DNA of 64,000 nucleotides from contig CT868263.1 of NCBI GenBank assembly GCA_000165425.1, positions 372,001-436,000 of the forward strand, given 5' to 3'. The stretch comes from Paramecium tetraurelia. Its lineage: Eukaryota. Positions within the stretch are counted from its first letter, which is position 1. Each line of letters begins with the position of its first letter. Both the position numbers and the translations under genes were made by a program. The notes under the pieces are model-generated. The model was not told the DNA's origin, did no database searches, and was given only the letters and a program-made list of their open reading frames with translations. Below are positions 1 through 12,886 of this stretch, piece after piece.

Positions 1-626
1 TATCAAAGTACTGGATAAGTCTAAAATCAATACTTTGATATAAAAATATGGTATATCCTGCTTTAATAATGTAGCTCAATTGGTTGAGTATTATGATTTC
101 TACAAAGACCCCATCAAAAACTATTTCCTCGATAAAATATAATTTGTTCTCTCAAGACCTGATACAATCAAATCCATGGTTTAACAAGACACCATATAAG
201 AGGAGAATGAATAAGAGAGCTACAATCACTTCTAGGTCCCAAAATAAATGACTGTTTCTAGAGCACCTTCTATAGCCGAATAAATAGATCGCAAGAACGT
301 GCTTAAAGGACTTGAACTTAATGAAAACCATTAGAAATCGAGAGGATAATAAATGAACTTGACTTTATAAATTTAGATGCTTAAAAAAGAGCAAGAACCT
401 TCTTTAGATAAATTAATGAATGTAATCATAATTATTAAATTAGGATTATAAATCAGAGACTGAAAAAATGGATCAATATATATAATCAGAAATGAAAATA
501 TAAACTGATGCTGTTTAACTGAAGTTAGAATAAAGAAAGAAGAAATTAGTGAACTAATAGAACAAATTATTTCGAACTGAAGCCTCTGATGATGAATCAA
601 CTCCTTAACTTTAACCATTTGAATGA
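1..626 (+). CDS. 3' part of hypothetical coiled-coil protein (5' end outside window)
   Basis: Ciliate-code frame IKVLDKSKINTLIQKYAQLVEYYDFYKDPIKNYFLDKIQ...EASDDESTPQLQPFE*. Two tiny GT-AG introns (~51-74, ~422-443); TGA at 624-626. Confidence 0.7.
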
Positions 627-989
627 AATATATATATAATTAACAAATTATATACAATTAAATTTATTTTTATTATCTCACTTTAATTAATCTTTAAGTA
701 AGTGTGAATAGATATTAAGAAATCATTTACATTTAATCTAAAATCTTACTTTTTTATATATTTATTTGATGGTTTGTTAATAGAAAGATTTTTGTTTAAA
801 GATATAAAAAAAACTATAAGATAGTATAATTCAAAATTAATTTAATGTCATAGTTTTACTCTAAACTTGATAATTATTTAGTTTTTCTACTGAAAACAAA
901 TAAAAAGAATTTAGAAAAAGGGGAAAATCAATGTGCATCTTTAGAATATAGGATAAAATATTATTCATGTAAAAAATAAATTAATCATT

Positions 990-2447
990 TCAACTTGTTT
1001 ATCTCAAAAAATTAATTTACAGAACAAGCATCCTCTTGCAACTAATCTAATATAGGTTCTTATTATCTCATTGTTATTGATAATAAATGTGAATCTTCAT
1101 CATTCAAAGTAAGATGATTCATTCCTAATTTATTAGAAAGATAAGAATAGATGCCCTGAATCAAAATAATTTTCGTTGACTTATGGTAATAACAGTTTTA
1201 TCCCTACTGAATGAGATTTCTTTAGATCTGATCTTCAAATTAGATGATCGAATAATGAAATACATTCTTGATATTTCATATAACATATTTAAATAACTTA
1301 ATTTGACTTCCATCTAATTCCTTATTTTTTTATAAAACCGTTTGTATTCTTTTATATCTAACTCTTTTTCTTTCAAAGTAATCTTTGTTATTTTCTATTT
1401 CCAATTTTTAATTATTGAAATATTCTTAAATTCTGGGTAATAAAATGATATCACTTCTTTTAGTATTTTTTGTTTAAGTTAATACCCATTAATTAAAATA
1501 ATTGCATGTTTTATCATGAAAAGAACTGATACAATAGATCCTATATTAGCTAATAGATCACCAGCAGTGGGATATTGAAAAATTGTTTTTGTTTAACTTC
1601 CTTTCATCAATATATAAAATAATGTTAAAACTTCATCACCATAAGTTTGTCTACAATATTCTATCGTATTAGTTTAAGATTGTATCGAAGATCCTACAAT
1701 ATATTCAACTTACTTAGGATTCCCAAATAAAAAAGCATCTTGAACTTCGTATAAATTACTTGATAAAAAAGTGCTTAAAGTGTAACAGTATTTCATTTCA
1801 ATCTATGCATAAAACTCTTATAAACTTGTCTATTCGGATCCATCCTTTGAATCTAAAGTTTTATAGTGAACTTACATCACTACAGTATTTAAAGCCTACT
1901 TAAAAAATTCATCAACTAATTCTTAAGAGGCGCATTTTTCATTTGGCTAAAGATATTTCTCAGAACATAAAACTATTTAAATATACATTTCTGATGTTGT
2001 ATATATCTCTCCATTTATAGTCTAAAATGCCAAATTCATTTTAGGTATGAGATATTTACTTGACCCATCAACCGTTGTTTCATTCGACATATTTATAACT
2101 TAAAGCTCAGTAAAGCTAAAATTTGTTGTATACATAACTAATGGTAATAGTATTTTGGATTCAAAGGGATCGATATAATTTTCATTGATTTTCCAATAGT
2201 ACAATTTGATAACATCATAATTTAAATCCAGCAAAGAAAAATCAGATACATGCATTGAGTTGGATATCTTTGGGCTTAGTTAATTGGTTTACCATTAGTA
2301 TAGCACCCAAATAGCATATGCCAAGCTGGCTGAACATATAAGTAAAGTAATTAATCCTCCAATTGCACTTTTATATATAGATTACTTTGGATCAATTTGT
2401 TGAATAAAGGGGACTCCAAAAAAATCAGCAGTTCGTAATACTTACAT
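990..2447 (-). CDS. Ciliate two-TM membrane protein with large Cys-containing loop, tandem copy 1
   Basis: Intronless span of 1458 nt. MQVLRTADFFGVPFIQQIDPKQSIYKSAIGGLITLLICSASLAYAIWVL (TM1) ... QYPTAGDLLANIGSIVSVLFMIKHAIILI (TM2). Confidence 0.8.
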
Positions 2448-3303
2448 TGTGTATCTAATAAATTAAATTGACGAAAGAAAATAATATGAATTTTTGAAAA
2501 TAGAAATAACATTTATATATTGATGTATTATTTATTTAAAACATTCTAGATCAAAAGGTTGACAAAAAAAACTATTCTTAAAGATTTCATATTATGTTAT
2601 TATTAATTAATTTACGATATACATTTTTTTCTTTCGATATCAAACTTAAGCCTAACAAACTCTCAGTGAAAAATAGAATGAAGAATTTATATTTTTTCCG
2701 AAACATAATATAATTAAACCTCTCAATTTCCAGAATCATCTAATTTTCTAATAAGATAAGATGTGGGATATAAAGTATCAAGCTTTTTAATTCACCAATC
2801 TTTCGTGCTTTATGGAAATATCTGGCCAGAAAATCCTTTGATTTTTACCTTAATTGTCAAAACTGAACTGATATTTCAAATATAAATTATTTATTAAAAT
2901 CAAGTGATAACAAAATAATATGTTGAATTACCATTTGGCAATGAATTTAAACAATGTAACTTTAAAAATATAAAGACAGCCATATAAATAGTAATAAAAA
3001 TTATAAAATAATTCTTAAGTTGTGATCAGTAGTTGCATTGAAAAAAGAACGAACAAATTAAGTACCTTTGCGATGCTTGACTTTATAATGGTAATTCTTA
3101 AAATAGATATACATTATGAATTGTTAGAAAGTCGAAAAAAATGAAATCTTATAGCATCAAGATTTTGAAATTTGTGGAAATAATAAAATGTCTATTTCGA
3201 AAGAATAGGTAATCCTAAGGATTTCATTTGAAAAGTCTTTACTATACTTTTATATTAATACCAAATTAAATACGAAATTGAATGAAAAATTATAAGTCAC
3301 TGT

Positions 3304-4758
3304 TCAAGATATTTTGTTATTTTCATAAAACTCATTTTCTATATAAATTTCATTTGGAATCTAAAGTTCAATATGCTGTTTAAAAGTATGAGAGAGTGAT
3401 AACAAATCAGCATCTTCATCATTAAGATGTGAAACGGTTGCTGATAATCGATTTGTCCAATCACAGTTTTGATTAGAATCAACAATAATTTTAGATTAAG
3501 CTAAATTAAGTTTGATTCCTATTTAATGAGACTTTTTTAATTCTTCCCTTTATTTAAATGATCTTATGATGAAATAAACCCTTGACATTTCATATAATAA
3601 ATTCAAGTAACTTAATTTATTTTCCATTTACTATTTTACTTTTTTATGAAATAGCTTAAATTCCTTCAGATCTAATTCTTAATGATTGAGAAATACTTTT
3701 GTAGTTTTAAATCTCCAGTTTTTATATATAATAATATTTTTAAAGTCAGGATAATAAAATTGGATTAATTTTTTTATTATCTTGTTATTGAGATTGTATT
3801 GGTTAAAGATGATAATTACATGTTTGATCATAAAGAGAACAGAAACAATTGAACCAATATTAGCTAATAAATCACCAGCGTGCGGATATTCAAAAATAGT
3901 TTTTATTTAATTTCCCTTCATCGCTATGAAAATTACTCCTAGTATATCATTTCCATAAGCTAGTTTACAAAATTCGACTGAATTTGTTTAGGATTATATA
4001 AGTGCTCCATTAATAAATTCAAGTTAAGTTGGATATCCAAATAAGAAGGAATTTTAAAGTTCATAAAAGTTGCTTTAAAGAAAAGTACTTAGAGTGTAAC
4101 AATTTTATTTTTCAATCTATATGTAAAACTCTTATAAACTATCTTAAACACTACCATCTAGTGAGTTCAATTATTTTTATTGTACTTACAAAACAATCGT
4201 ATTCAAGGGTTAAGAAAAAAATTGTTCAATTAATTCATCAGATGCACATTTTTCATCCTCTTTTAAATAAATTTATTAACATTTCACTATTTATATGTAC
4301 ATTTCAGATGAGGTATAAATTACACCACTAATATTTTAAAACGCTAAGCTTATTTTTGGTAAGTAAAATTATGTTCCATCAGTAGCAGTCTCATTTGATT
4401 TATTTATCACCTAAAGCTCAGTAAAGCTAAAATTTGTTGTATACATAACTAATGGTAATAGTATTTTGGATTCAAAGGGATCGATGTAGTTTTCTTCAAT
4501 TTTCCAATAATACATTTTAATAACATCATAATCCAGGTCCAGCAAAGAAAAATCAGATACATATATAGAACTAGATATCTTCGGGCTTAGTTTATTGTTT
4601 TGCCATAAGTAGAGCACCCAAATAGCATATGCCAAACTGGCTGAGCATATAAGCAAAGTAACGAGTCCTCCTAAAGCGCTTTTATATATAGATTGTTTTG
4701 AATCGATTTGTTGAATGAAGGGAACTCCAAAAAAATCAGCCGTTCGTAATAATTACAT
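3304..4758 (-). CDS. Two-TM membrane protein, tandem copy 2
   Basis: Span of 1455 nt starting MQLLRTADFFGVPFIQQIDSKQ; clear paralog of copies 1 and 3. Confidence 0.8.
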
Positions 4759-5540
4759 TGAGTATCTAATAAATTAATTTGATTAAAAAAATACAATAAA
4801 ATTTTATGATAGAAAGGATATTGATATATATTAAAAAAATTATCATTTAACACAACCTAGATCATAAGGTCGAACAACAAGATATTTAGGTTAAATTTTA
4901 TATTACTTAATTATTTACTAATTTACAATATACATCTTTGATCTCAATTTGTTCAGTTTAAAATTTATTATGCACTCTAATTATTAATCTTCATCTGTAG
5001 TAGAAAAATAGTATGAAAATGAAATTATTTTTATGAGAAAAAACTGATAAATATATTTAAACTGATCTTTGGGAAAGTATCAGGGATTTTATTTACCATG
5101 CATACTGAGTATGTTCATTTAAGATCAAAGTCCTTTTATTTTCAGACTAATTATCTCCAATAAATTTTTCAAGCAAAAAGGAGTTTAATATCAATAAAAA
5201 TAAATAAAATAAACAAGTACTAATTTTCTTTTTCCAATTTAAAAAAATTAAGCTTCATCATAATATAGAATAAATAAAGAATCAAATGAAATTCGATACA
5301 AAAATAGAAATCAAGATAAATTGAATTGTCAGAAAAAGTAAATAATTAAGAATAGAAATAAACTAAAAAAAGCAAAAGTAAAATCAGAATAGAATCAATC
5401 AATCATATTAAGATTTAGTAACTGGACATAATATTAGATAAGAATTCAAAAAGAAAACAATTATAATAAGAAGCTTATTTCAAAGATCAACATTAATATG
5501 GATTTAATACAAATTCAATTCAAAAATTACAAGTCATTGT

Positions 5541-6999
5541 TCATGATATTTTATTACTTTCATAAAAGTCGTTTTCTAATTCAATTTCATTTGGAATTTA
5601 AAGATGATTGTGATCTTTAGGATTATAAGAAAGGGATAATAAATCAGCATCTTCATCATTAAGATGTGAAACGGTTGCTGATAATCGATTTGTCCAATCA
5701 CAGTTTTGATTAGAATCAACAATAATTTTAGATTAAGCTAAATTAAGTTTGATTCCTATTTAATGAGACTTTTTTAATTCTTCCCTTTATTTAAATGATC
5801 TTATGATGAAATAAACCCTTGACATTTCATATAATAAATTCAAGTAACTTAATTTATTTTCCATTTACTATTTTACTTTTTTATGAAATAGCTTAAATTC
5901 CTTCAGATCTAATTCTTAATGATTGAGAAATACTTTTGCAGTTTTAAATCTCCAATTTTTTTATATAATAATATTTTTAAAGTCAGGATAATAAAATTGG
6001 ATTAATTTTTTTATTATCTTTTTATTAAGATAGTATTGGTTAAAAATGATAATTACATGTTTGATCATAAAGAGAACAGAAACAATTGAACCAATATTAG
6101 CTAATCAAATCACCAGCGTGCGGATATTCAAAAATAGTTTTTATTTAATTTCCCTTCATCACTATGTAAATTAAACCTAGAATATCATTTCCATAAGCTA
6201 GTCTACAAAATTCGGCTGAATTTGTTTAAGATTATATAAATGCTCCATTAATATATTCAAGGTAAGTTGGATATCCAAATAAGAAGGAATTTTAAAGTTC
6301 ATAAAAGTTGCTTTAAAGAAAAGTATTTAGAGTGTAACAATTTTATTTTTCAATCTATATGTAAAACTCTTATAAACTATTTTAAACACTACCATCTAGT
6401 GAGTTCAATTATTTTTATTGTACTTACAAAACAATCGTATTCAAGGGTTAAGAAAAAAATTGTTCGATTAATTCATCAGATGCACATTTTTCATTCTCTT
6501 TTAAATAAATTTATTAACATTTCACAATTTATATGTACATTTCAGATGTGGTATAAATTACACCACTAATATTTTAAAACGCTAAGCTCATTTTTGGTAA
6601 ATAATATTACGTCCCGTCAGCAGAGGTTTCATTTGACCTATTTATAACTTAAAGTTCAGAGAAGCTAAAATTTGTTGTATACATAACTAATGGTAATAGT
6701 ATTTTGGATTCAAAAGGATCAAGGTAATTTTCTTCAATTTTCCAATAATACAATTTAATAACATCATAATCCAGATCCAGCAAAGAAAAATCAGAAACAT
6801 ACACAGAATTAGAAATCTTTGGGCTTAGTTAATTGTTTTGCCATTTGAAAAGCACCCAAATGGCATATGCAAAACTGGCTGAACTTATAAGCAAAGTAAT
6901 TAATCCTCCAAAAGCACTTTTATATATTGATTGTTTTGGATCTATTTGTTAGACAAAAGGAGCTCCAAAAAAATCAGCAGCCCTTAAAATTTTTATCAT
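5541..6999 (-). pseudogene. Two-TM membrane protein, tandem copy 3, with 1-nt insertion frameshift (or assembly error)
   Basis: Starts MIKILRAADFFGAPFVQQIDP; span of 1459 nt is 3n+1. Extra C at 6106 (ctaatCaaatcacc vs ctaataaatcacc in copy 2) leads to a premature TGA. Confidence 0.7.
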
Positions 7000-7542
7000 T
7001 TTGAGATTAATATATCAATAATAAATGATTTAACTTTATTTTGGTTAAATATTATAATCTTGGTATTAAGCAATACTAAAGCTTGAATTAGTAATAAGAT
7101 TTACAATAATGGCTTACTAATTCTTGTTCATAGTAATTTCAAATAATTTTTAGAAATTTTGGAGAAAACAGTAATTAATTCAAAATTTTTTTTTAAATAA
7201 CTTATTTCATAAATTTTTCTTAAATAATATTGTAATGCATAAATAATAAAGTACATGTATAAATGTCAGTAATTTATGAAAGACATACTTTTGATTTGCA
7301 TTTAATCTTATGAAACCTTATATCAAGATCTTTATTTTTCACATTTAATTTATCTAAATTAGTATTTGTTTTACAACAGTTTAGCTCATTTCTTCCAAAT
7401 TAAAATTTTTTTGAATGATAATCGGTCTATATTTTATATTTTCTTAATTTATTGATAGTAGGTTCTAAGTTCTTTTCCTATATTCAAAAATATTATATTT
7501 AATTCAACCTTAGTAAAATTATATTATTATAAATATATATAA

Positions 7543-8881
7543 ATGCAAGAAAATAGAAAATAAATGCTAAAATCTTAAGATTCTGATAGAAGTATAAAGA
7601 ATGCAGCTGATAATATTACTAAAATAACGAACAAAAAAATTCAACAGTTGGCCTTTTTAACATAATTTCCATAATAAAGAAAATTTACAGTAGTTGATAA
7701 AGTGAATAAGCTGATTGATAAGACACAAAGTAAACTGAAGCATCAATAAATACCAAAGGATGTTCAATTTTATTAAAGAAATATAAAAAAGTTTGAGAAT
7801 TTGTCATCATTTATTAATTCAAAGGGATTACTGTCAGCTAATTTTAGTATGCCTAAATTAAGAGTAAAGGAGTAAGTAGATGATTAGGAACAGGAATATG
7901 TTGATTATTTGCTTGCAAAAAATTGTAAAATTATATTTTATTGTAGATAAGCTTTAATAAGAAAGACAAAGAAGAAAAAGTAAATAAGTGAAAGAGAACT
8001 ATGAATAATGTTGGGAGTTAGATAACTCAGACTATGATTTTGAGTCTCCAATAAACGTAGGTAAGGAGCTAAAATTGGCCCATTAAGATCAAATAAAAGG
8101 GGAAATAGAAGCAAAAGCGAAACTGTGGGAATTATAACAAATTAGGAAATATTAAAGAAAGCCAAACAACTTTGACTTTAAGAGTTCTTAAAGATCTTCG
8201 TAACACAAATTATAGGAAGAAGATGAAGTTGTAGTGGATTAAGGGCAATTAAATGCTTAGCACTATAAAGAGTAATCAGATAAGGTGATTAAAATGATTT
8301 GGAATGCAGCAAAAAAAATATACAATAAAAAGGAAGATCAGATAAAAAAAGAGATATTAATGCATTAAATAGAAAAAAATTACAGATAAAAATAGAGGGA
8401 GATGGCAAAAGAAGAAATCAATAAAATTTTACTTAGTATAATCATATGTTATATTTGAGCGGGTCAAAAACAGCATTTGATATTTGCTAAAACTGTCAGA
8501 CATTTACCAGAGAATGGTGATTCAAAATAAAATACAGAGCACTTTTTCAGAAAAAAAGGGCAAACCTCACGCAAAATATAAGCCCCATACTCATTGTCAC
8601 CACCAAGTTAGAACGAAGAACTGAAATCGAATAGAAAAATATCATATATTAATTCTAGACTGCATGATATTGTTCATCAAATTGATAAAATACCAGTAGG
8701 AGATTAAGCTTAAACAATAAGGAAAATGTAGAGTGAATAAATACTGTACTAAACATTGAGAGAAACTCTTTAACCTGATTAAATAAAAGATACATTAAAG
8801 GGTCTGTTTCTTCCAACAGATCATTTATATAAAAGGCCCTTACAATTCAACAAGAAGCACTTCTAAAATTAAATCTTATGA
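7543..8881 (+). CDS. Hypothetical hydrophilic/coiled-coil protein
   Basis: MQENRKQMLKSQDSDRSIKN...KRPLQFNKKHFQNQIL*; introns near 7925 and at 8436-8459. Confidence 0.7.
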
Positions 8882-8950
8882 CTCTTCTATTTATATTGTA
8901 AATTTAAATATAATTTATTGATTTTCACTATTAAATTAATTGATAAAAAA

Positions 8951-9701
8951 ATGTCCTCAGGAGAATTGCCTCAAGATAAGAAAACCTTATTTTTATCCCT
9001 CGTTTAGAAGAAGCATGCTGAAACAGATGCATAAAAAATTTAGAATCGTATATTGTAATTGAAAATGGAACATGAAAAAGTGATGAAACGCGTTCAATAA
9101 GATGAAGAAAGAGCTGATGAAATTTACAGACATAGAGTTGAGATATAACTAAAGGTTATCTATTCTTTATATTAATTTATAGAAGGAAAATAAGTTAAAA
9201 CAAAAATAAGCACAACCTCCTCCATTCTCACTGGCTGTATCTCATCATCAAAGACAGGTTCTGAAAAAAATTAAGGAAGATGATTTATTAAAAAAGAAAT
9301 CAGAAGCAAAACTCTTTAGAGAGCAGTTAAAAAAAGATTTTTAGGGCGTTTAAATGCAAAAAAGTCTGGAGTAGGAAGTTTATCGAATAAAAGCAATATA
9401 AGTAAAAGAAGAAGAAAGGCAATCTACTGAGGTGGCTGTGTTGAAAATGAAATAAAAAAGGGAAAAGGTTAGATACCAAATAGAAAATGAAAAGGATTAG
9501 ATAATTAAAGAAAAGAAGTTATATGATTTTAAAATATCAGAATTAGAGCAATAAGAACAATTAGCAATGATGGAGTTATAAAATTCATTAGCCCATCAAT
9601 AATTTGTTTAAAAGAAAATAGAACAAGCATAGAAATTATCACCTAGTGATTATGAGAAACAATATCAAAATAATAATAAAAACGCTGAGACCACATAATG
9701 A
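8951..9701 (+). CDS. Hypothetical coiled-coil protein
   Basis: MSSGELPQDKKTLFLSLVQKKHAETDAQKIQNRILQLKMEHEK...; one intron near 9155-9182; rich in K, E and Q. Confidence 0.75.
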
Positions 9702-9720
9702 TAATTATTAATATTTTTAT

Positions 9721-10223
9721 ATGCTAAACGAAAGTTTGGAATCTGATCAAGAAATAGACCCAGAAAGGGAAAGACAAAAGCTTATGCTAAAGAGGCAAAA
9801 GTCAATTGAGGAAAGTCTCTAATTAAATGTTAAGGATCATATTGCAAAATTAGAGGTATTGAGTAAAATATTCGAAGAATTATTTGGCTGAGCTTAAAAA
9901 GGACTTAGAAATTAGCAAAAAGGAAATGTCTAACTTAAGAATGGATATAGCGACAGTAAAAAATAACCACGGTAAATCAAGCGATGATCTATGTACTTTT
10001 ATATAAAATGATGTATAACTGATTGTAATAAACAAAGGCAAAAAGATAACTAAATGAGGCTTTAAAGAAATCTTAGGATGCTAAACATGATGCTGAATTT
10101 TTAGATGCACAATTAAATGTTTTAAAAAGTGATAAAGAAAAATTGTAGGATGTTAAAGATACATTAGAAAAGAGAATAATATCTTGTGAAACAGATGTTG
10201 GTTTTAAACATGTGTATGATTGA
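9721..10223 (+). CDS. Small coiled-coil hypothetical protein
   Basis: MLNESLESDQEIDPERERQKLMLKRQK...LEKRIISCETDVGFKHVYD*; tiny introns. Confidence 0.7.
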
Positions 10224-10235
10224 ATATTAACAATA

Positions 10236-11790
10236 TCACTTATTTAATCTAGATTTGACTTCTTCAATAATCCTTAAGCTTTCATCATAGGAATAGGCTT
10301 ATTTTGGTTTTTAATAAACAAGCTCCTATAGTTTTTCCATTTATAAGGTTTACTCACTTATAAAGGCTTAACTCAAATAGTAGGTGGGGATTTTCTCAAT
10401 ATTAGACTATAATTTAAAATAGAGAAATTATTTTACTTTGATTTTATTAAATTCTTCGACAAACTCTCCGTCTTTAGCCTCAATTTCTTTTTTAATTTCT
10501 TATTTTAGTATTTATTCATCTCTCATCACTTAAAATTTGACATCATTTCCATTGAATCTATAATTTCTTGTATCTTCTTCTTCTTTGGTCAATTTGATGC
10601 CTTATTATTCTAATTCTTTCTTCTTCAGTTTTTCTGCATAAACTATACCTTTGATAATATTCAAATTATTTGGTCTAGCTTAACCTGGATTTATTTCTTA
10701 ATCATCCTCAGTCATAGTTTAGCTCTCCAATGATCTCTCCCTTTTTTGTAATGGGGTTTCTGTATATACTTAACCTGTAGCCAGATTAACCTTTCTTCTT
10801 GAAAATTCTTAAATGTCATCTTCAATGCTAGTAAGTGATTTTTTATGATAAGGTTGAATAATTGAATTTGAGGGTAAGAGAACTAGAATTAACATGTTAA
10901 AATACGCATATGTTTTGCTGTTTTAATAGACCTTGTAACTTTCTTATGTTAAACTTCTGCTAAACTGGTTTGATGTCTATTCTTAATCTTGCCACTTTTG
11001 TTCAAAAATTAAACCAAGAATTCTGTATTTCTCCAATGAATATCGTAATTGTTTACTCTTCTGATTGGTCTTTTAGGTTAGGGATGATGATGATAAACAA
11101 CTTCATCACTAACCAATTCGTTTACATGTTCTAAATGATCTTTGGTGTTTATTAAAATGTCTTTCTACTTATCATGGTTTTTTAATTTCATATTATTTGG
11201 ATATTTATTAATTGGAACATTAAATTAATCCTTGCCAATATCTTATCTCAAAGCTATGTCCACTATCTTTTAAACAGTAAATTCCTCTCCGGGTGCCATA
11301 TAAACTAAACGAGCTTACTCATTATTTTTTAACAACTAGAAAAATGCATCATAACTTAATGGAATGCCTTTCTAATTTTTTAATTATTTAAATACTTCTA
11401 CACCATTTGTCAAAATCTCTTCTCTTGATAGTCCAGTGTCTTCTAATTCTTACAATTTCTTTGTAACTTGAGTTTGTATTTATTTCATTTATTCCTCTGA
11501 TAAGTTCTTCAATGCTCCTTTTGGACTGATCTGACCTTCAACAAATGTTTTAAACTTGCTTAATAACATTATGATATTACATTTTGATGTAAAGCATTTT
11601 CAAATGTTGGTACAGCAATATCTTTATATCTCAAAAGGGACTTAATATAAGGCACTTCTTTAGACTATCTATGTAATGTAGTAGGTGGTTTATGATCTAA
11701 AAATTAAGGATGGATTTTATCAAATTCAGGGTTGGTTAATAAGTCCTTCTTGATTTTTGAGAAGTGACGAGAGAGTCTTATAATTATCAT
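10236..11790 (-). CDS. MRPS18: Mitochondrial ribosomal protein bS18m-like, with long ciliate extensions
   Basis: Presequence-like start MIIIRLSRHFSKIK. S18 core: DIHWRNTEFLVQFLNKSGKIKNRHQTSLAEVQHKKVTRSIKTAKHMLLLP. Confidence 0.75.
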
Positions 11791-11970
11791 ATTTAAATAA
11801 ATTAGAAAATTTATTTTTGTTTATTAATCTCAATATTAAAGAGAGAATATTGACATCAATTAGGAGACCCTTGAAGTTGACTTCAAATTAAATTCAGTTA
11901 TCATGTCCATATGAATATTTTACCTTGACAATTAGAGGATCAATTTAACCACTCATTATAATATTATAAA

Positions 11971-12222
11971 TCATATATATGGATTTTCAATTTCTACCAT
12001 TCCATCAATTGCAAAACTATTTATCAAAGCTCCTCTGCAAATTACAAGTCCTAATATTCTTTGTGATGGCAATTCTCTCACTTCATCCAATACTAGATTG
12101 AGTTGATTATCAAATGATAACAAGGTTCCTTTGACTTATCTTCCTCCTTAAAATTATATAACAACTTCTTTGTTTATGTGTGATTACAACTTTATAATCG
12201 ACTCTTTTGGTAATTAATTCAT
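11971..12222 (-). CDS. LSM7: Sm-like protein LSm7
   Basis: MNQLPKESIIKLQSHINKEVVIQFQGGRQVKGTLLSFDNQLNLVLDEV...ILGLVICRG...GMVEIENPYI*; LSm7 signatures FQGGR and LGLVxCRG. Confidence 0.92.
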
Positions 12223-12241
12223 AAATTTTTTATTTATTATT

Positions 12242-12886
12242 ATGTCAACCATTAAACCATTTCAAATTTTCGATATTTTGGATTACAACAACATAAATTT
12301 AGACATCCTGACTGAGACAGTAACTATTAAACTAAATTCAGTTCAATGTTGGCTTTTATGGAAAGTATATTGCTAAATGGCCAGAATTTTGCATTTCCAT
12401 CAAAAACCACTTTGGCAATTTCTAAGGATATTGTAATATTTCTATTTATATTTAAGTATTGGGAAAGATTGAGGGAGAAAAAGCTAATAACAATAAGCAG
12501 AATTGGCATGGTCATATTAGTGTATAAAAAATACTACTTTATTAAGGCAATTACTGTAGCACCAGAATATAGAAGGTAGGGAGTAGCAAGGTTTTTGATG
12601 AATTATATTGAAGATGTAACTAATAGTTAAAATGGATGGTATGTGGATTTATTTGTTCGACCTTCAAATAAAATTGCTGTTTTGATGTATTAAAATTTTG
12701 GATATGAAATATATCAGACAGTGTACTAGTACTATAGCGGTCAAAATGGTAAATGTGAGGATGCATATGGTAATTGCCCTTTAATTCAAATTAGATATGA
12801 GAAAGTCTATGTTGAGAGATAAATAAAAACTAAAATAGAAACCAACTGGAAAAGTAATCAAACCAGAAGATTTAGAATTTAATTGA
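12242..12886 (+). CDS. NAA20: NatB N-terminal acetyltransferase catalytic subunit
   Basis: MSTIKPF...NNINLDILTETFNVGFYGKYIAKWPE...WHGHISAITVAPEYRRQGVA...VDLFVRPSN...EDAYDMRK; 4 tiny introns. Confidence 0.93.

Noticed and set aside
4029..6569. Twin 100-aa plus-strand ORFs in the track (4029-4331, 6267-6569)
   Set aside because: They are antisense shadows of the minus-strand tandem membrane genes, and their similarity just reflects the duplication.
11850..11910. SECIS-like ATGA...TGA core downstream of LSm7
   Set aside because: Helix II does not pair, and the LSm7 TGA lies at the normal C-terminus.
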